Source of the DNA: Promethearchaeota archaeon
GTDB lineage: Archaea > Asgardarchaeota > Lokiarchaeia > Sigyniarchaeales > SOKP01
Direction of reading: 5' to 3'
NCBI GenBank assembly: GCA_048941015.1
Contig: JBHLNZ010000032.1
Span: forward strand, 1 to 30,870
DNA: 30,870 bases
Every line of letters begins with the position of its first letter. Within the stretch, counting starts at the first letter, position 1. Positions 26,179 through 30,870 of the stretch are shown one piece after another. The notes beneath the pieces were generated by a model that saw only the letters and a list, made by a program, of their open reading frames with translations, did not search any database and was not told where the DNA came from. A program made the position numbers and the translations under genes.

Positions 26179-27675
26179 TTAATCTTCTTTAGGTGCTAAA
26201 TTAAATGTTCTTGAAAAAATTTTTCCAAAAGATTCTGTTGATGCTTCTACCAGCACATTTCCTTGGATTTTTTCATTTTCTTTTACTTCTAAGGGATAAC
26301 CTATATCAATTGTTTCGTAAGGAAATAATTCTTTAATAGTAGTTATCCAAGGCCTATTTTCAAATACTTCTTCTAAACTAACAATTCTTATTCTAAGATC
26401 TTCTAAAACAAAACCGATTGTATTAGTCAAGTGTATATTCAATACTTTATCTTCTTCGTCAATTTCTTTTGATACACTTAAAAATCTTTTTGTACCCAGA
26501 GCAGGTCTTGCAGCAGTTTGATCTACTTCTGGTTTGGTTTCGATCCTTGGTTCTTCCTCTTTTATATCTCTTACAATGAAAACCTTACGTTTTTGTACTG
26601 TATATTGAGAAACTTTTTTAAGTTTCGCTAAAAATAATACGGAATTCAGATTGATAGCATTAAACGGTTCAATCTTCAAATAGCCTTTGCTAGCAGCATC
26701 TTCTACTATTTCTGTACCAATTCCAGTTCTTGCAAATACTGTATTTTTATTAGGGCCACTTCCAACAGATCCAACCGAAATATCTGCATTTTCTGAGGTT
26801 AAATCAACACAAAAATTGCAACTTGAAGACTTAAATTTATCTAATTCTTTAATTGAGTAAGATTTTATTGGTTCTCCTTCTTGATCATAATAAATATGGA
26901 ATTTTCCCTTATTGATATCCATCTTTTTAATACGTGCCATATCAATACCGTCTTTTTCAAAGTAGGGATATAGCGCTTCTGGTGCGAATGAGTCCATACA
27001 AAATAATCCAATTTTTAAAATATGGGCACGCATAAAATATTTCAGCATTCCTGCTGGAGAACTTAACATTTTATCTACAGCATCGATATTACAAGGAGTA
27101 CCGACAAAAGCTATTGATCGATAATCTTGACGAATAGCATTCATTAAAGCTTCAACTGTTTGGGAATGGGAATAAATAGAACCTGAAGCTTTTATAGCAT
27201 CTTCTTTAGATGTGATGATTTGAGCTACTGGATGCCATGGGTTTTTTGGATCTTTCATTGTAACTATAGCAGCATCAATTAAGTGTTCATCAAATAAATA
27301 GCATAATAATGAAGTCACAGTTCCTCCATCTTGACCTCCTATAACTTCAGGGATATTTGTATTCGCCGCATAACCCGTCTTAAATTCTCCCATAAGTTGG
27401 ATGGGGTCTGTAATTGTTCTGGGACATTGATTATAACAAATACCACAACCTGTACACTTTCCAATAAGTTTGGGTTGTCCAGCAGCCGCATCCCATTCCA
27501 AAACAGGACAAACTGCTGCGCATGTTCCGCATTCTGTGCATATTCCTGTACGAATTATCTCTTTCATTAGCATTCCATAGGAATCTTTTTTACCTTCAAG
27601 TTTCTTCTGAATGTAATTAAAAGAATAATCATATTGAGAAGCCTTTTGTTCCTTATCAGTTTGGTTTTCAGTCAT
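26179..27675 (-). CDS. coenzyme F420 hydrogenase/dehydrogenase beta-subunit (FrhB/FdhB) family protein with N-terminal ferredoxin and extra C-terminal domain
   Basis: Two CxxCxxCxxxCP motifs, QDGGTVTSLL, VGTPC, IGLFC, CNFCVD, ADISVGSVG; about 140 aa C-terminal extension. Confidence 0.9.
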   Translation of the reverse strand: MTENQTDKEQKASQYDYSFNYIQKKLEGKKDSYGMLMKEIIRTGICTECGTCAAVCPVLEWDAAAGQPKLIGKCTGCGICYNQCPRTITDPIQLMGEFKTGYAANTNIPEVIGGQDGGTVTSLLCYLFDEHLIDAAIVTMKDPKNPWHPVAQIITSKEDAIKASGSIYSHSQTVEALMNAIRQDYRSIAFVGTPCNIDAVDKMLSSPAGMLKYFMRAHILKIGLFCMDSFAPEALYPYFEKDGIDMARIKKMDINKGKFHIYYDQEGEPIKSYSIKELDKFKSSSCNFCVDLTSENADISVGSVGSGPNKNTVFARTGIGTEIVEDAASKGYLKIEPFNAINLNSVLFLAKLKKVSQYTVQKRKVFIVRDIKEEEPRIETKPEVDQTAARPALGTKRFLSVSKEIDEEDKVLNIHLTNTIGFVLEDLRIRIVSLEEVFENRPWITTIKELFPYETIDIGYPLEVKENEKIQGNVLVEASTESFGKIFSRTFNLAPKED

Positions 27676-28054
27676 AGTGAATTTTTCATTAACTACTCCA
27701 AATTATTTTTGATAATTTGGTTAAAACCTTATGTGAAAGGAATGGATTACTTATAATAAAATTTATGAATAAATTCAAAATATTAAAGAAATAGTCTACC
27801 TAATTTCAATAATTTAGATTATAAAATAATCTTTTTTTAAAATTTGATCAAAATCGATAATTTTTTGTAATATTCACTAATAATATTCTTTATTTTAAAC
27901 GGAATTTTTAAACATAAAAAATACCGAGAAGAATTTAACGGTCAATTCTTTCTCTAATTCTAATTTTTAAATATATTTTAACGAATTTATAAAATGTGAA
28001 AGAATTAATTCAATTTATGATAATAGATATTAAAACAAATAAAAGGTTTGAATT

Positions 28055-29515
28055 ATGGTTGATTTTGAACCAAAAATTGTATCTAAAGAAGAATTAAGAA
28101 ATATTTCTGCGGGGGTTAATGAGGAAGAATTATTAGTTTTTGATAATCATTGCTTAAATGTCCATTATGAAAATAAAGTTTTGATTGAAGCAAAAGAGCC
28201 TGGATCTCCATGGGTTATAACAAAAGATTTTAAGACTGGAGAAATATCAGAAATTCTTGACTGTACTTCTCAGAACTGGACTTTAGCATTAGGATTTGCC
28301 AACCCAGATGTCAATTATGCTGTTGCTGAGCAAATGAGGAGATTAACCCATATAAAATCTAGTGTAATATCTCCTTCACGAAGTAAGTTTTATAATAAAT
28401 TAGCTGAATTAGCACCGGGACGATTAAAAGGAGGAAGGGTTCACGTTAACAGTGAAGGAGGTGGTTTAGCTATAGAAGCTGCTTTAAAACTTGCTATGGT
28501 AGCATCGAAGGATGCTGACCATTTTCTAACCTTCCGTGGCGGTTATCATGGGAATACATTAGCTACAATTACAGCGTCTCAACCTATTCATTCAATAACA
28601 AGGTTTAGACCATTTGGAATTGAATTTTTCACTAGAGTACCACAACCTTATTGCTATCGTTGTATGTGGAATTATAAAGATGGACTCAATGGTAATAAAG
28701 ATCCAAATTGCAAATTAGAATGCTTTAAATTAGTCGAAAATTATTTAATGGGATTGACTACTAGAAAACTTGCAGCAGTACTATTAGAACCGTGGCAAGC
28801 GGCTGGGGGCCATATACCTTTTCCTCCCGAATTTTTAATAAGGTTAAGAGAGGTTTGTGAAGAAGAGAAAATATTGATAATATATGATGAATCTCAAACT
28901 GCTGTGTGGAGAACTGGAAAATATTTTACATTAAGTGAAAAATATGAAAATGAACTGGGATTTGATGTATCACCTGACATGATGTGTTTCACAAAAGCAA
29001 TTGGAGGGGGCTTTCCGCTTGGAGCAATGATTGCATCCCCTAAAATTCGGAAGAGATTTACTCCTTCTGAAGATCATACAACCTTTTGCAATACCCCAAT
29101 TGGTTGTACAGGTGGACTTGCTGCATTTAAAGTCATAGAAAAAGGTAAAATAGGAGAGAATTGTGAAGAGAGAGGTAAACAAATTACAAAAAGACTATTG
29201 GAACTTCAAGAAAATTATGAAGTTTTAGGAGATATTCGTGGTCCAGGACTATTTATAGGGATTGAATTAGTAAAAGATAAAAATTCAAGAGAACCTTATA
29301 CTGAACTGATGGAAGAAATGCTTTTAGAAGCAGTAAAACAAAACATATTTTTTGGACCTAGTATGCCTTATATGAGCGGAACAGGGAAAATTCTGATGCG
29401 AAATTTAATAAAAATTAAACCTCCTCTGAATATTACCAAGGAAGATGCCGAATTCATCTGTAATAAATTTGAAGACGTACTAAAAGCGTCTTTAAAAACA
29501 GTGAAGAAAAACTAA
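28055..29515 (+). CDS. class III PLP-dependent aminotransferase
   Basis: GGYHGNT, LEPWQAAGG, DESQT...RTG, PDMMCFTKAIGGGFPLG (PLP Lys), RGPGLFIGIELV. Confidence 0.93.
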   Translation: MVDFEPKIVSKEELRNISAGVNEEELLVFDNHCLNVHYENKVLIEAKEPGSPWVITKDFKTGEISEILDCTSQNWTLALGFANPDVNYAVAEQMRRLTHIKSSVISPSRSKFYNKLAELAPGRLKGGRVHVNSEGGGLAIEAALKLAMVASKDADHFLTFRGGYHGNTLATITASQPIHSITRFRPFGIEFFTRVPQPYCYRCMWNYKDGLNGNKDPNCKLECFKLVENYLMGLTTRKLAAVLLEPWQAAGGHIPFPPEFLIRLREVCEEEKILIIYDESQTAVWRTGKYFTLSEKYENELGFDVSPDMMCFTKAIGGGFPLGAMIASPKIRKRFTPSEDHTTFCNTPIGCTGGLAAFKVIEKGKIGENCEERGKQITKRLLELQENYEVLGDIRGPGLFIGIELVKDKNSREPYTELMEEMLLEAVKQNIFFGPSMPYMSGTGKILMRNLIKIKPPLNITKEDAEFICNKFEDVLKASLKTVKKN

Positions 29516-29541
29516 AATATTTATCATTTTTTCCTTAATTT

Positions 29542-30870
29542 TTAAGAATCTGCATCTAATTCCAATTTTTCTTCGATTTTTTTGATTGCATTAGAAGCAT
29601 AAATTCTTACAACACGATGAAAATCATTTACTCTTTTTAATAATGCCCCTAAACATTTTTCGTCTCCATAGGTTTCTAAAAATTTAATTAAACTTAATTT
29701 AACTTTATAGTTTTCTCCTTCATTACTTCCTAAGTAATCAATTAAAGAAGCCATATATTTATTTAATTCTCGTTTTAAACCTTCTTCTTCAGTTTTCACC
29801 CTATACCAATTTCTATGAAAAATATTAAATATAGCATCCGCTGCAACCTTTTTAATAAGCCAATATATATCTTTATTTGTCAAAATCATAATTAATTGGT
29901 GTAATGCTTCGATATTTCCAATTTTTCCAAGAGCTATAGCCGCGTTTTTCTTAACATCTAAATTCCGAATCTTTAATAAATCAATTAAAGGTTTTACGAA
30001 CTCTTTACTGCCAATCTCTCCAAAGATAAAAGCAATACTCTCTCTTATTGTATCATTGTCTTTTTGTAAGTATGTAAATAGATGGTCATAAGGAGCATTT
30101 TTATTAATTAAATAGATATTTTTAACGGCATCTATTATTTGAAATTTCATATCAATATCCGTGTATTCAAAACTAACATCTTCGATATTAAGTATATCAA
30201 GAAGCTCTGGTATAGCAGATAAATCACCTATCTCTCTTAATGCTTTTATTGAAGCAAGACTCACTTCATTATAGATGCTATCTAAATTTTCTACAAGTAA
30301 ATCAACAGCATCAACAATCTTTAATTTTCCACTTATAATTATAGCATTTTCTTTGACGATAAAGTCATCAGTCATTAGTAAATTAAGTATATCTCTATTT
30401 ATTTCACTCCCAAATAATTTTAGTATCCTAATAATAGAATCTAATAATTCTTGGTCTTCTTCTTTTAAAATTCTAGAGACTTCTTCTAGGATAAATTTCT
30501 TATTATTCTTTAAATCCGAAATCACTTCTGGATATTTAACCTCTAAATAACTAGTATCTTCATAAGGAATATCTATAGCTGAAAGTTGATAACCAATTAT
30601 TTTGATTATTTCGGATTTATGAGAGTCAGATAAATTCTTTTTTATAAGGACTGCTAAACAATTCTTTATTAATGTATCAAGATCAAGAGTGAGTAATTGA
30701 TTTCTGACAAATTCTTTTACATCATTGAAATCACTGTCTAATTCTTCTATGAATAACCCAATTTCAGAATCATCGAATCTAATTTTTTTAATCGCTTTTA
30801 AAGCAGAGATTTTAAGATTGGCATTAATTTCCTTCTGCTCTAAAATCCAATTTAGAGGTTTTAATGCCTT
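29542..30870 (-). CDS. HEAT-repeat (PBS lyase-like) protein, 5' partial
   Basis: Repeats such as VKKNAAIALGKIGNIEAL, IRESIAFIFGEIG and VRIYASNAI. The frame has no stop from 30526 to the window end (KALKPLNWILEQKEINANLKISALKAIKK...), so the GTG at 30525 is probably internal. Confidence 0.88.
   Translation of the reverse strand, partial: KALKPLNWILEQKEINANLKISALKAIKKIRFDDSEIGLFIEELDSDFNDVKEFVRNQLLTLDLDTLIKNCLAVLIKKNLSDSHKSEIIKIIGYQLSAIDIPYEDTSYLEVKYPEVISDLKNNKKFILEEVSRILKEEDQELLDSIIRILKLFGSEINRDILNLLMTDDFIVKENAIIISGKLKIVDAVDLLVENLDSIYNEVSLASIKALREIGDLSAIPELLDILNIEDVSFEYTDIDMKFQIIDAVKNIYLINKNAPYDHLFTYLQKDNDTIRESIAFIFGEIGSKEFVKPLIDLLKIRNLDVKKNAAIALGKIGNIEALHQLIMILTNKDIYWLIKKVAADAIFNIFHRNWYRVKTEEEGLKRELNKYMASLIDYLGSNEGENYKVKLSLIKFLETYGDEKCLGALLKRVNDFHRVVRIYASNAIKKIEEKLELDADS

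Noticed and set aside
27926-27954. Imperfect hairpin GAGAAGAATT-N8-AATTCTTTCTC upstream of the aminotransferase
   Set aside because: Only 7 bp are perfect before a bulge and it is AT-rich; not distinguishable from chance.
25816-30550. ORFs 25816..26001, 27331..27570, 28970..29182 and 30275..30550
   Set aside because: Antisense shadows. The Cys richness of 27331..27570 is an artefact of lying antisense to the ferredoxin-coding region.
1-30870. tRNA/rRNA genes, CRISPR arrays, IS elements, integrases, and individual TATA/BRE or poly-T terminator calls
   Set aside because: No GC-rich structured RNA, regularly spaced repeats or transposase/integrase motifs were seen. TATA-like and T-tract sequences are too frequent in these intergenic regions to call individually.

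Overview
Very AT-rich, gene-dense archaeal chromosomal window. The gene content points to an Asgard archaeon, most likely Lokiarchaeia/Promethearchaeota (inference): PAN, an FrhB-family protein, a Rag/Gtr-like GTPase, an MglA-like GTPase, an arrestin-fold protein, a PCI-like winged-helix protein, HEAT-repeat proteins and tandem UroD-family proteins. There are about 27 CDSs, two of them cut by the window edges. I found no RNA genes, CRISPR array or mobile elements. Metabolic content includes a probable amino-sugar cluster (HAD, tandem GNAT, NagA, GH94-like enzyme, TetR), a GNAT/flavoprotein/GNAT triplet, a B12 radical SAM plus alpha/beta hydrolase pair, a thiolase, two UroD-fold proteins and a class III aminotransferase. 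Three observations stand out. (1) The arrestin-fold protein and a stand-alone FrhB-family redox protein about 22 kb away appear to share a ~100-aa C-terminal beta-sandwich domain. (2) That FrhB fusion lies directly upstream of the Rag-like GTPase. (3) The PAN lacks the usual cis-proline, as some trans-type eukaryotic Rpt subunits do. All family calls come from motif recognition by eye; no searches were run.
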